From: Candidatus Bathyarchaeia archaeon
GTDB lineage: Archaea > Thermoproteota > Bathyarchaeia > Bathyarchaeales > Bathycorpusculaceae
Assembly (NCBI GenBank): GCA_050015395.1
Contig: JBEKBM010000004.1
Coordinates: 63,265 to 127,264 of the forward strand
Direction of reading: 5' to 3'
DNA: 64,000 nt
Shown in pieces: positions 50,563-60,876 of this stretch. Every line of letters begins with the position of its first letter. The first letter of the stretch is position 1. The notes below the pieces were generated by a model that saw only the letters and a list, made by a program, of their open reading frames with translations, was not told the DNA's origin and made no database searches. The position numbers and the translations under genes were made by a program.

Positions 50563-51306
50563 GTGGAAGACGTAAAGGAAGTCGAGAAGGATAGACAGCG
50601 CGCGGAAGTCTTCGATGCACTGGGGCACCCCACGCGCATAGTTATCTTAAAGGCTCTAAGTGAAGGAGCTCTCGGCTTCGCTGACTTGAAGAAGAAAACA
50701 GCCATCGAAAGCAGCGGGCATCTTCAACATCATCTAACCAAACTTAATGGTCTGATAAAAACTGATGAGTACGGAAAATATTGCCTTCCCGACCAAGGAA
50801 AAGACGCCTTGCTAACGGTGCAAACAGTAGAGAACGCGTCCGGCTCTAGAACAAAAGATACTGAAAAAATTCATCCCCACCGTTTCAACACGAAATTGGT
50901 CTTGAAATCAGTTTCCTTGCTGCTTGTGGCTCTCTTAATTGCGAGTTCGGCAATTGCGTTATTCGAGTACAATCAAACAGCAGTTCTTCAGAAGGAAATC
51001 GCGCGTTTCAACGAGGTCATTCAAGTATCAGGTACAGTTACTACGACAGGCTGGGAAATTCCTCCTACACAAATACAATTTACAAATACAGCTACGGGTT
51101 TAACATATACCGCAGTTCAAAACGGGAGCTATACCATATCTCTTCCAAATCTACAGAGTTACAATGTAATTTGCACTTGGGGAGGATTAGCATTCAATTC
51201 TTCAGGGATAGCAATAAGTGGAATCCAAATGGTGCCGGGAACCTTAAAGGTCAATGCAGGGGTTGGAGTAACTTCAATGACTCAAGACTTTTCAAGTCCA
51301 AAATAG
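50563..51306 (+). CDS. ArsR-type wHTH regulator with TM helix and extracellular beta domain
   Basis: FDALGHPTRIVILKAL, SGHLQHHL; TM LLLVALLIASSAIALF; VSGTV...NGSYTISLPN. Confidence 0.8.
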   Translation: MEDVKEVEKDRQRAEVFDALGHPTRIVILKALSEGALGFADLKKKTAIESSGHLQHHLTKLNGLIKTDEYGKYCLPDQGKDALLTVQTVENASGSRTKDTEKIHPHRFNTKLVLKSVSLLLVALLIASSAIALFEYNQTAVLQKEIARFNEVIQVSGTVTTTGWEIPPTQIQFTNTATGLTYTAVQNGSYTISLPNLQSYNVICTWGGLAFNSSGIAISGIQMVPGTLKVNAGVGVTSMTQDFSSPK

Positions 51307-51751
51307 GTGTTTATGAAGTGAAGTATGCTGACGCGAAAATGAAAGGCAGCCAACCTTCAATTGCAACTGGAAATTCGCTGATTTAATTCTGGTCGATGCT
51401 GCAACAGGGGAGATAGTTCCCAACCCTATATTACTGTAGTTCCTAACCCTGTGCTTGGGTAGTACCACGCAAAAGAACAGCCCACATTCGTGATGTTCAC
51501 CAAACCGTCGTAAAGAGCTTCATGTCTCTTTAGTTAACAGAATCTGTTTGGAGCGAGCTTCTCTTATTAATGCTCGCCAACCCCATTTTCTTTTTTCAAT
51601 TACCAGAAAGTCGGTTAAAGTTTTGATTAAGCTATTCTGCTTGCATTCTAAATAAGGCAGTAACTTTCTGTGATGACTTTTTGTGATTACCCAAAGTGAA
51701 CTGACTATTTATCGTCCGCAGGCAACGTCCAACTAAAAGGAACAGATTAAC

Positions 51752-52747
51752 ATGAAAACCAACATAATTGAGGCGGTAAACCTCACTAAAACTTACAAGA
51801 AAACCGTCAAAGCCGTTGATCACATTTCTTTTTCAGTAGAAGAAGGAGAACTGTTCGGTTTCATAGGCCCCAACGGTGCGGGAAAAACCACAACAATCAA
51901 AATGCTCACCACTCTGGCTTCAATAACCGATGGGACGGCTTCGGTCGCAGGGTATGATGTTGACAAAAACCCCGCTGCTGTCCGCGAAAACATTGGAATA
52001 GTGCCTCAAGAACTCACGGCAGATGACGAATTGAAAGGCGTTGAAAATCTGCTTCTCTCTGCGAAACTTCATCATGTTCCAAACGACGTAGCGCGCAAGA
52101 AGGGGAAAGAGTTGCTTGAGCTTTTGGAGCTTGAAGGTGCCGCGCAAAGGCAGGTTAAAACCTATTCTGGGGGGATGCGGAGGCGGCTGCAACTTGCAAT
52201 GGGGCTTATTCATGAACCGAAAATATTGTTTTTGGATGAGCCCACGCTTGGGTTGGATATTCAAACGAGGCAGAACATGTGGACATACATTCGAGACCTT
52301 AACCGCAAAGAAGGCATTACCGTGTTTATGACTACGCATTATCTAGAGGAGGCTGATTCTCTTTGCGACAGAATCGCTATCATCGACGGTGGAGTTATCA
52401 AAGTTTCAGGTTCGCCCTCGCAATTGAAGGAGAAACTTGGTGGAGACGTTTTGACGCTGGAGCTAAACGGCGATTCTGACGCGACGCTTTTCCTCAGGAA
52501 CATTGAGGGCATCTCTGAGGTAACCAAGGGCGACAGCGTTTACAGAATAAAACTGCTCCAAGCTGGAAAAGTCTTGCCTTCGATAATTGAAGAAATCACG
52601 CGAAAAGGCTTCACGATAGCGCAGATTGGCTTGACAAAGCCGACGTTGGACCAGGTTTTCCTCCAAGTCACGGGCAGTTCCATGCGAGACGAAGGCTCAA
52701 ACGGGGATGCGTTTGGTCAGCGCATTTTGATTGAGAGATTGAAGTAA
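51752..52747 (+). CDS. ABC exporter ATP-binding protein (DrrA-like)
   Basis: GPNGAGKTT, YSGGMRRR, LFLDEPT. Confidence 0.95.
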   Translation: MKTNIIEAVNLTKTYKKTVKAVDHISFSVEEGELFGFIGPNGAGKTTTIKMLTTLASITDGTASVAGYDVDKNPAAVRENIGIVPQELTADDELKGVENLLLSAKLHHVPNDVARKKGKELLELLELEGAAQRQVKTYSGGMRRRLQLAMGLIHEPKILFLDEPTLGLDIQTRQNMWTYIRDLNRKEGITVFMTTHYLEEADSLCDRIAIIDGGVIKVSGSPSQLKEKLGGDVLTLELNGDSDATLFLRNIEGISEVTKGDSVYRIKLLQAGKVLPSIIEEITRKGFTIAQIGLTKPTLDQVFLQVTGSSMRDEGSNGDAFGQRILIERLK

Positions 52748-52748
52748 A

Positions 52749-53609
52749 ATGTTCAGTGACACATTCGCATTAACTGCACGGGACCTCAAGAAATGGGTAA
52801 GAAATCCTGCTACTATCATGCCTGGTTTATTTTTGGCAGTTTTCTGGTTGGCACTTTTCGGAAGCTCATTTAACCCGACTAACTTGATACCCACACAGAT
52901 AGGTGGCACGTCGTTACCGCCTGCTGTGCTTAGTCAGATCCGCTCAGCAATAGTTGGAACATTTGGTGGCGCTCCAACCTATATAACATACCTTACAGCA
53001 GGCATAATCAGCCTCATAGCCGTTATCAACATGGCTTACGGCGGAATCGGAATCGTTCTCGACAGGCAACTTGGCTTCCGAAACATGCTTCTAGCTTCGC
53101 CAATAAGCAGAGCATCTATATACTTCTCAGGCGTCCTGCAAAACTTCACAAAAGTCATGGTTCTTGCTCTGCTGACGTTCGTAGTGGCTCTGCTAATTCC
53201 AAACGGGCTTCAATTGGCACAAGGATTTGGCATACTTGGCTTTCTAGGATTCTTCGCCGCCTTCGCACTGTTAACATTCGCTTTCAGCTGCATATTCACC
53301 ACGATAGCTTTCTCAGTAAAAGCCGTTGAGCCACTCGTTGCCATAGCCAACTTCATAGCTTTTCCATTAGCTTTCATCAGCAACTCTCTGTTCCCAATTG
53401 CTTCTTTCCCAAACTGGATGAAAACTATAGCACAGGTAAATCCAATTTCAAAAGCCAACGAAGCCGCCAGACTATTGATAGTGAACGGCAGCCTTTCGAC
53501 GAGTCAAATGGGTATCTTTGCAGGCGATATTCTGTACCTCGCCGTCTTTGCATTGGCATTCACCATTCTAGGTTATGTAGCAGCTAAGAAAGCACTGAAG
53601 GCGGAGTAG
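52749..53609 (+). CDS. ABC-2 type permease
   Basis: DRQLG..LASP, NPIS; about six TM. Confidence 0.9.
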   Translation: MFSDTFALTARDLKKWVRNPATIMPGLFLAVFWLALFGSSFNPTNLIPTQIGGTSLPPAVLSQIRSAIVGTFGGAPTYITYLTAGIISLIAVINMAYGGIGIVLDRQLGFRNMLLASPISRASIYFSGVLQNFTKVMVLALLTFVVALLIPNGLQLAQGFGILGFLGFFAAFALLTFAFSCIFTTIAFSVKAVEPLVAIANFIAFPLAFISNSLFPIASFPNWMKTIAQVNPISKANEAARLLIVNGSLSTSQMGIFAGDILYLAVFALAFTILGYVAAKKALKAE

Positions 53610-53682
53610 CCATGAAACACAACTCAACGACAAACACATCAAGTGAGCCAACCTTAAAAGCACTGGAGGTGTAGCTTGAAAC

Positions 53683-54987
53683 ATGTCAGATATCCATGTT
53701 CGACGTGGAGAAACCGCCACGCTTGACCGCGTCGAAGGCGAACTCAAAGTAGGCAACAATGCAAGAATTGAAGCCAGCAACGGCAAAAACGTCGTCGTAA
53801 CCAAAGGGGTCTACCTTGAAGGCAAGGCATATGTGAACTGTGATTTGGAATGTGATTCTTTAGAATCGAAGACATTTTTGTCGAAAGAAGTTACGTTTAA
53901 GGTGCTTTCCAACAGGCAACGGCTTGAAGTAACAGGTCGACATGTGGGGCGGCTTGAAATGAACGGCAACTTGAATGTGCATAAACAACTCAACGTAAGT
54001 CACTTCGTGCAAGTCAAAGGCTCAATCAAGGCTGAAGACATCGATGTCGGCGGAAGAATACAGTCAGACGCCATCAGTTGTAGCAGGATTAGAGTCGGCG
54101 GACGCGCAGACATAAAAGGCATTCTGGAAGCTTTAAGCGTGGAAGTTGGCGGAAAAATAGTCGCAGGCGCCGTTAAAATTGGCGACCTCAACGTAGGAGG
54201 CGAAGCCGAAGTCCAAGGAGGTTCCATAACGGGGCATATCCGCGTAGGTGGAAAATTCATAAGTAAAGCCCCACTTGAATTTGGAGAACTGTTAGTCTAC
54301 GGCAGAGGTTTTCTACCCGCCAACTGCAAAGGACACAGGCTATCTACATTTGGAAAAATCAGCATCGACGGCAACATAACATGCGACTACATTCAAGTTA
54401 GCGGCTCAGTTGAAGTGCTGGGCGACTGCAATGCAGAAAGAATAGAGATGGGCGGCAAATTCGAAGTCTCAGGTTCACTTTTTGTTTCTGACAGACTGGA
54501 AGGCTTTGGCGCAACCACGATAGTGGGCAACTTTGAAGGAAAGAATCTTCGCGTCAGCGGCAAATTCCAAGCAAACAAGATCATCGTGAATGGGGAAGCA
54601 GACATCAGCGGCAAAGTCGAAACGAAAGAAGGGTTCAAAGCAAAGCAGTTGAACGTGAGAAGCGGCACACAAATCGACGGAATCCTCATCGGCGAACGGG
54701 TAGAGATAGGAAAAAGTCCAGACCTAAGTTACGGTGCATGGGGCTCTACGTGGCCTGCTAAATGGGCGATGACCAGCGGGCACGTCAAGGTCCAAGACAT
54801 CTACGCTCAGGAGGCCCTGATGGGTACTATGTGCAGGGCGGCACGCATCTTCGCCGATACCGTTAAGCTGGAGCAAGGCTGCACCGTTGAGCAAGTGACC
54901 TACACTAAAGAGCTGAAAACCGACTCCGGTGTTGCTATCTGTCAGCCACCCCAAAAAGTAACAAACTTGCCTCCGGCACCTTTCTGA
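53683..54987 (+). CDS. Polymer-forming cytoskeletal (bactofilin-like) beta-helix protein
   Basis: Many periodic V.G.I...I.VGG repeats. Confidence 0.7.
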   Translation: MSDIHVRRGETATLDRVEGELKVGNNARIEASNGKNVVVTKGVYLEGKAYVNCDLECDSLESKTFLSKEVTFKVLSNRQRLEVTGRHVGRLEMNGNLNVHKQLNVSHFVQVKGSIKAEDIDVGGRIQSDAISCSRIRVGGRADIKGILEALSVEVGGKIVAGAVKIGDLNVGGEAEVQGGSITGHIRVGGKFISKAPLEFGELLVYGRGFLPANCKGHRLSTFGKISIDGNITCDYIQVSGSVEVLGDCNAERIEMGGKFEVSGSLFVSDRLEGFGATTIVGNFEGKNLRVSGKFQANKIIVNGEADISGKVETKEGFKAKQLNVRSGTQIDGILIGERVEIGKSPDLSYGAWGSTWPAKWAMTSGHVKVQDIYAQEALMGTMCRAARIFADTVKLEQGCTVEQVTYTKELKTDSGVAICQPPQKVTNLPPAPF

Positions 54988-55028
54988 GGCTAAAACATGA
55001 AGCTTAACCGCTGGGAGACAACACGGAC

Positions 55029-55319
55029 ATGAGAGACAGGGAAACAAAGCGCTCAAGAACCGACCTGTACGCTTCAGTCTTAGAAGTTTTAATCCGCTAT
55101 CCTGAAGGAGGAAAAATCACCCGCATCTCCTACGGCGTCGGCGTCCCCATCGACCGATTAAGAGCAATAATTGAAAATTTGTGCAACTTCGGCTTAGCTA
55201 GAAAACTCACCGACGGCGAACAAGTCTACTATTTCGCTACGCCCCGAGGCTTAGAATTCCTAGACACTTATTGGAAAATGAAAGGCTTCTTTGAGATCTT
55301 CGGCGACAAACATCCATAA
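55029..55319 (+). CDS. Winged-helix DNA-binding protein
   Basis: KRSRTDLYASVL..ITRISYG...TPRGLEFL. Confidence 0.85.
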   Translation: MRDRETKRSRTDLYASVLEVLIRYPEGGKITRISYGVGVPIDRLRAIIENLCNFGLARKLTDGEQVYYFATPRGLEFLDTYWKMKGFFEIFGDKHP

Positions 55320-55429
55320 AAAAAGCTCAAGCTGTCAAAAGTAAAAATTCATTTAAAAAACCGACAACACCTTCAAACAAGCAACTTATTGCTAGGCTTT
55401 TTGTATTCTATTTAAATCAAAGATAAATA

Positions 55430-55891
55430 GTGGTAGTGCAATCTCGTTACCTTAAAGGAGAAATAAACTTGTCTGTAGCGCAAAGAAAATATTTCACTGA
55501 AATCGCAGCGTTAGCAGATAAAACCGTATCTGTAGTGACAACTACTGGAAAAACATTTAACGGCACGCTCATCGGCATTAACCAGGACAACATGAGTCTT
55601 TGCATAGCCGACGCAAAAGACGAATCTGGAAACTTGCTCCACCGAGTTTTTCTAAACGGAAACGTGGTTGCTCAAATATCAAGCGCAGAAAAACCCTTCG
55701 ACCTCAAAGCTTTAGCTACAAGACTTGAAAAAGTCTTCCCAACCATGGTTAAACTATATGAAGACAAGGGCTTCATCTGGGTCATGGACAAAGTGAAACT
55801 AACAGAAAAAGGCGTTGTTGAAGGTTCAGGTCCAGCCGCCGACCGAGTGCAAAAAGTATACGAACAATTCATGAGCGAAGTTAAACCCTAA
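55430..55891 (+). CDS. Sm-like archaeal protein SmAP3
   Basis: Sm fold (GKTFNGTLIG, FLNGNVV) plus C-terminal FDL..LA..LEKVFP domain. Confidence 0.85.
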   Translation: MVVQSRYLKGEINLSVAQRKYFTEIAALADKTVSVVTTTGKTFNGTLIGINQDNMSLCIADAKDESGNLLHRVFLNGNVVAQISSAEKPFDLKALATRLEKVFPTMVKLYEDKGFIWVMDKVKLTEKGVVEGSGPAADRVQKVYEQFMSEVKP

Positions 55892-56640
55892 ATAAACCAG
55901 CGCAGTTGTTCTTCCTCTTTCTTCTTTTCTTCTGTTATGGTTCTAATAATGCCAAATGACTCTAAAACTTTCTTAATCTCGCCACCGCTTTCTTCAAGCT
56001 TTGATAAGTCAACGTTAAGCTTCAAGTATTTACCAAGCGTAGTCAACGCACAGCGTGCAGCGTTCACGTCAGGATCCATTCCGGGCGTATCAACCAGCAA
56101 AGAGAAACCCTTCAAGTCCCTTACCCTTGCTAAACCAACGGATAAGCCAGCGATACCGAAAACGTGTCCAACCATCACTTTAGTTCCCAAATCAAGTGCC
56201 TCCTGCATCGTATCCAAATCCGTGGCTGTACTATAAATTGCTGGGTTAGGTTGAGCTTCATCTTTCTTGAAGCCGCCGATGGATATTACAAAGCGGCAGC
56301 CAAACTCCTGCGCTAAATCAAGCACTTTATCAACAAGCTCGTATTGCCCAACAGTTGTCAGTGCCTGCGTGTTACCATACCAAATAATCAAGTCGCGCCC
56401 ACCATCCTCCCGCTTAACATAGTAGAGTTCATTTATAGGCGAAAGCGCACCGCCATCTTCATTTGTTACCGCAAAATCCTGAAACGCCGAGGAAAAAATT
56501 TGAACAAACCGTTTAGCTTTTAACTCCCGTATCAAATGTAGTGCTGCAATATTAGCCACAAACCCTATGCCCGGCAACCCTTCAATTAGAATTGGATCGT
56601 TTAGTTTCGGTTTTTCGCTAATGTCTATTGAGCAAACCAT
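55888..56640 (-). CDS. PAC2-family proteasome assembly chaperone
   Basis: LIEGLPGIGFVANIA, ISIGGF, DVNAA. Confidence 0.9.
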   Translation of the reverse strand: MVCSIDISEKPKLNDPILIEGLPGIGFVANIAALHLIRELKAKRFVQIFSSAFQDFAVTNEDGGALSPINELYYVKREDGGRDLIIWYGNTQALTTVGQYELVDKVLDLAQEFGCRFVISIGGFKKDEAQPNPAIYSTATDLDTMQEALDLGTKVMVGHVFGIAGLSVGLARVRDLKGFSLLVDTPGMDPDVNAARCALTTLGKYLKLNVDLSKLEESGGEIKKVLESFGIIRTITEEKKKEEEQLRWFI

Positions 56641-56978
56641 AGTTTGGCATCTCTCTTCTCGATATTAGACAAATTATGGCGATATAAGGTTGCCTAATCA
56701 TAATTCAATAGTCTTCCGCCCGCGCGCTTAGAAGAATGTTTAGCACCCCAAAAAATCCTAGTTTATCTTTGCAATTAAAAAAACAATCAGCCAAAAACAG
56801 ATTAATTTACCTCCAAAATCTAACCTGCTCTGCCTCCCCTCATTTAACTACAGATTTTCGCTTACAAAATTGACCCAACCTTACATATGCGTTGTAGACT
56901 CCGAAAGCATCCTAAAAATTAGCTCGCATCCAACACTTTTATGCCCGCTTAATCATATTATGAACTGGTCGACTTTTC

Positions 56979-57620
56979 ATGATAGTGAAGGAAGCATTAT
57001 CTAAGCTGCAAAGTTACTCAAATGAGCTTGACCTCGACTTATCTAAAGCCGAGGATAGGTTCAAATGGTTCTTGGCGTCGGTACTTTTTGCCAAAAGAAT
57101 CTCAGCCCAAACTGCCAAAGAAACTTACCTTTACTTTGAACAGGAGGAACTGACAAGCCCCGATGCCATATTAGAGGCCGGATGGGATCGCCTCGTGGAA
57201 GTTCTCGATTCTGGAGGTTACACTAGATATGACTTCTCAACAGCCACAAACCTTTTGGGAATCGCAAAAACGCTTAAAGAAAAATACGGCGACCTAGAAC
57301 TACTTCATGCAGAATCAAGTAGCCCCGCAGATTTGGAGAGGCGCCTACAAGAATTCAAAGGGGTTGGTCCCGTAGGCGTAAACATATTCCTAAGGGAACT
57401 GCGCGGAATCTGGGAAAAAGCAAAACCCAAGCCTTCGCCAATGGCAGTTGCAACGGCACAAAAAGTCGGTCTAAACCCAGAAGACGTGGAACACTACGAA
57501 TCTCAACTCGTTCGATTAAACCTTGAGTACTGCAAGAAACACCGAACCTCAGAATGCCCGCTTAAAGATAAGTGCCCAGATAAGGTGCGCACTAAAAGCA
57601 CCCATAGAATTCAGCACTAA
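56979..57620 (+). CDS. HhH-GPD superfamily DNA-repair protein
   Basis: LQEFKGVGPVG HhH; C-terminal Cys cluster. Confidence 0.8.
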   Translation: MIVKEALSKLQSYSNELDLDLSKAEDRFKWFLASVLFAKRISAQTAKETYLYFEQEELTSPDAILEAGWDRLVEVLDSGGYTRYDFSTATNLLGIAKTLKEKYGDLELLHAESSSPADLERRLQEFKGVGPVGVNIFLRELRGIWEKAKPKPSPMAVATAQKVGLNPEDVEHYESQLVRLNLEYCKKHRTSECPLKDKCPDKVRTKSTHRIQH

Positions 57621-57690
57621 GTCAGTTTCATTTATTATATACTGATTTTGGAAAACTCTTATAGGTCACAGAATTTTCAATCTAGACTAA

Positions 57691-58998
57691 ATGAAACTCA
57701 AGCAACCTACAGTTCTGCTCATTCTGCTGCTGATTTTACCGCTTTTCTTAAACTGCGGTTTGACTGCCAAAGCGGCCACCACACAGACTTCACCAAGTCT
57801 TTACTTTGGCGTCGATGTTGCCTTCGGAAGCATAGTTGCAACTGAACAATTAATCGATAATGTTAGTTCTTACACAAATTTCTTCGTAATTGGATGCACT
57901 GGAAGCTATAATCTAACAAGACTTACTGTCATCAGCCAGTACGTCTATGACAAGGGCTTGACCTTCATAGTTTACTCCGATAAACCTAGTTATCCCTCTA
58001 GTCAATGGCTTGAAGATGCCAAGAACAATTGGGGTAACAGTTTTCTGGGAATTTATTATGATGATGAAGAAGGTGGAAAGCAACTTGACCAGTTCAATTA
58101 CCCGATTGTCACAGCGGCAGATAACTATAGTGACGCGGCGAACAGCTACGTTAGTATGCTAAATTGGTGGCTACGCAGCGGACCATTCGCAATTACCAAT
58201 AGTTTTGCTTACCCAACAGAATTTCAATTGTTCACCTCAGACTACGCGCTTTACTGGTATGATTATGAAGCAGGATATAATACGGTTTTTGCAGAGTTTA
58301 CCATGAATTACAGCCAACAATTTAACGTAGCTCTCTGCAGAGGTGCAGCCGCAGTTCAGAACAAGGATTGGGGCGTTATGATAACTTGGAAATACACCCA
58401 GCCGCCCTACATGGAAAATGGTACAGAACTTTACAGCGACATGATGCTAGCATATGAAAACGGCGCAAAATACATCATCGTCTTTGACAGCAACGCAAAC
58501 TATACTCAAAACGTCCTACAGCAAGGACAGCTCGACGCTATGAAGCAGTTTTGGCAGTATGTTCAAGCCAACCCCAGAACCATCACTCCAGTAAGCGATA
58601 GAACAGCATATGTTCTCCCTGCAGATTATGCTTATGGTTTTCGCGGACCACAAGACAAAATCTGGGGACTATGGCCAGCAGATAACCTTACCCTTGACAT
58701 CAGCATGAGCGTCTCCACACTCTTGCAAATGGACGGTAATAACCTAGACATAGTTTACCCATCACCAACGCTCGAATCTGCAGGATACCAAAGCATCATT
58801 TACTGGAACGACACAAGACTTATACCCACGCCATCGCCTCAGCCTCAACAAGGCACTTCCTTGCCGTTTTATGCGACTACCGTTTACCTTTATGCGATTG
58901 CAGCAAGCATTCTAGTTGTTGTTGCGGTTGCTATAACAGTTTTAAAGTTCAGAAAAAGACGCGATAACTGCGATCAAAAGTCACATTTTCCCAAATGA
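57691..58998 (+). CDS. Secreted, C-terminally membrane-anchored hypothetical protein
   Basis: Signal peptide; YYDDEEGG acidic motif; P/T linker, TM and KFRKRR tail. Confidence 0.75.
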   Translation: MKLKQPTVLLILLLILPLFLNCGLTAKAATTQTSPSLYFGVDVAFGSIVATEQLIDNVSSYTNFFVIGCTGSYNLTRLTVISQYVYDKGLTFIVYSDKPSYPSSQWLEDAKNNWGNSFLGIYYDDEEGGKQLDQFNYPIVTAADNYSDAANSYVSMLNWWLRSGPFAITNSFAYPTEFQLFTSDYALYWYDYEAGYNTVFAEFTMNYSQQFNVALCRGAAAVQNKDWGVMITWKYTQPPYMENGTELYSDMMLAYENGAKYIIVFDSNANYTQNVLQQGQLDAMKQFWQYVQANPRTITPVSDRTAYVLPADYAYGFRGPQDKIWGLWPADNLTLDISMSVSTLLQMDGNNLDIVYPSPTLESAGYQSIIYWNDTRLIPTPSPQPQQGTSLPFYATTVYLYAIAASILVVVAVAITVLKFRKRRDNCDQKSHFPK

Positions 58999-59175
58999 AA
59001 TCATTAACGCCAAATTAGAATTACTTTTGAATTTTGCAATCCATGACTCTAGACTTTCTATAATTTGAGTTTACCTTTAGGTAGCTTTTCAGCCTTCGCT
59101 TGGTAGGGAACTTTTGAGCGAAGGCAAGATGCTTTTAGAGGCAATGTAAATAAGGGCACTTCTTCAAAGTTAACT

Positions 59176-59904
59176 TTGAAAAATAGCCCAGCAAGTTGTG
59201 AACCCATGAGTAGGAAAACGATTTACTTTCAGCATAGCTTTCTATTCTTCGCAGTCTTACTAGTTTTATTATTTGTTGTTGTGGGTCTAGTTTTTTTTGG
59301 AGCCATAAGCATCGCCTTCAAAAATATAGGTTTTACCCCTTTGATCATCTTCCTGATTTTGGTCGGAACCTTGATTGGAAGCTTCATCAACATTCCATTA
59401 CTTAAATTGAGAGCAACCATACCTATGATCCATGATGATTATGTCAGCTGGTTTGGCGTAACTTACCGAATTCCCCAAGTTGGGTATGGAGAAGCCGTCA
59501 CGTTAGTCGCAGTTAACGTTGGAGGCGCCTTAATACCAACGGGCGTCAGCATTTACCTGCTTAGCAAATCATCAATCTCAACGATTATCCTCAGCCTCAT
59601 AGGTGTCTTAGCTGTTGCACTGGTAACCCATGCGGTAGCCAGACCTGTAAAAGGCGTAGGAATAGCCACCCCAGCGTTCATTCCCCCAATAGCCGCAGCA
59701 GTAGCCGCACTCATTCTTTCACCAGCACAACCACGAACAATCGCGTACGTGGCAGGCGTCCTTGGAACACTCATAGGCGCTGACCTATTGAACCTGCGGA
59801 AAATTCCAAAGCTCGGGGCGCCAGTTGCAAGCATCGGTGGAGCAGGCACCTTCGACGGCGTATTCTTAACAGGTATAATCGCAGTGCTCCTTGCTGGACT
59901 CTAA
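59176..59904 (+). CDS. DUF1614 membrane protein
   Basis: GSFINIP, AVNVGGALIP, SIGGAGTFDG. Confidence 0.9.
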   Translation: MKNSPASCEPMSRKTIYFQHSFLFFAVLLVLLFVVVGLVFFGAISIAFKNIGFTPLIIFLILVGTLIGSFINIPLLKLRATIPMIHDDYVSWFGVTYRIPQVGYGEAVTLVAVNVGGALIPTGVSIYLLSKSSISTIILSLIGVLAVALVTHAVARPVKGVGIATPAFIPPIAAAVAALILSPAQPRTIAYVAGVLGTLIGADLLNLRKIPKLGAPVASIGGAGTFDGVFLTGIIAVLLAGL

Positions 59905-59918
59905 AACAAAAACAGGGG

Positions 59919-59944
59919 TTTTCTTCGGCTTTTGTTGAAGAAAA
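59919..59944. terminator. Hairpin downstream of the DUF1614 gene
   Basis: TTTTCTTCGGC-TTTT-GTTGAAGAAAA. Confidence 0.35.
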
Positions 59945-60129
59945 AAAGATTGCGTTTTGAATCTCCGACCTTTTTGCGCCCAGATTTCGTATAGAGAATT
60001 CTATATATAGGAATTTCTATACACACAATATTAGCTTGTAGTTATTATGACAAAACAAAAACAAATTTCTGAAAAAATCTACTTCCACCCAAATCCGCCT
60101 TAAGCTCTAATTTTGAAAATATTGATAAA

Positions 60130-60149
60130 TTGGCGCCGCCGAAAGGATT
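60130..60149 (-). repeat. att-like tRNA 3'-end copy 1
   Basis: TTGGCGCCGCCGAAAGGATT, identical to 61806-61825. Confidence 0.85.
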
Positions 60150-60583
60150 TGCCACTCTGTAGGCGCATTTAAATTGTTGCCTCTTGCCGTATTAGCTGTT
60201 CCAGTCGATTGCTGATGATTACTAGCTGGTAGTTTTCATAGTCATCTTAGTTTTTGTAAGTGGCTGCTTAACCTGCGAAATTCAGCTTATTTTTATAGTG
60301 TATAGACTAAAAAGCACTAAAACCCAACGTTTTTTCATTGTTATTTTTCTTTGAGGCTTAAAGGTTAAAGTGTTGTGTGTATTTAGCTCACGCAAAATTT
60401 TATCTGAGATTTGATTTGACTTAAATGTTAAAATTAGGTTGTGTTAGGCTTTTCGCTTGCTCAAAGGCACTTGATAAAAACACCTAAATCTAAGCAATTT
60501 GCTTAAAGAGGATCTTCACGGTAAATTTCGGCAGTCGAGCTAAATACATACCAAAATTTTATTTAGCTGATTTAATAGACTGC

Positions 60584-60871
60584 TTGGTTCAAGAGATGTT
60601 AGAAATGGATTTGTTCTTCATATTAGCGCGCGTAATATTTGTTATAGTAACTACATTTGTTTTTGCGGTTTCTTTGTTGACCTATAAACGTTTGCGAAAC
60701 AAAAAGACGCTGTTACTAACCGTTGGGTTTGGCTTGTTCTTTGTTCACGGGTTAATCTCGATCCCTGAGATATATAACCAGGCTTATAATTTAGGGTTCA
60801 CGGATAGTCTTCATCTTCTGATAGACGCGGTAGCTATCTTGTTTATACTCTTAGGAGTTTTACAGGATTAA
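60584..60871 (+). CDS. Small three-TM membrane protein
   Basis: SLLTYKRLRNKKTLLLTVGF; 5 nt upstream of a wHTH gene. Confidence 0.7.
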   Translation: MVQEMLEMDLFFILARVIFVIVTTFVFAVSLLTYKRLRNKKTLLLTVGFGLFFVHGLISIPEIYNQAYNLGFTDSLHLLIDAVAILFILLGVLQD

Positions 60872-60876
60872 GAATA

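Noticed and set aside
51670-51704. GTGATGA...CTGA box C/D-like pair
   Set aside because: Too short for a dual-guide sRNA and no C'/D' boxes
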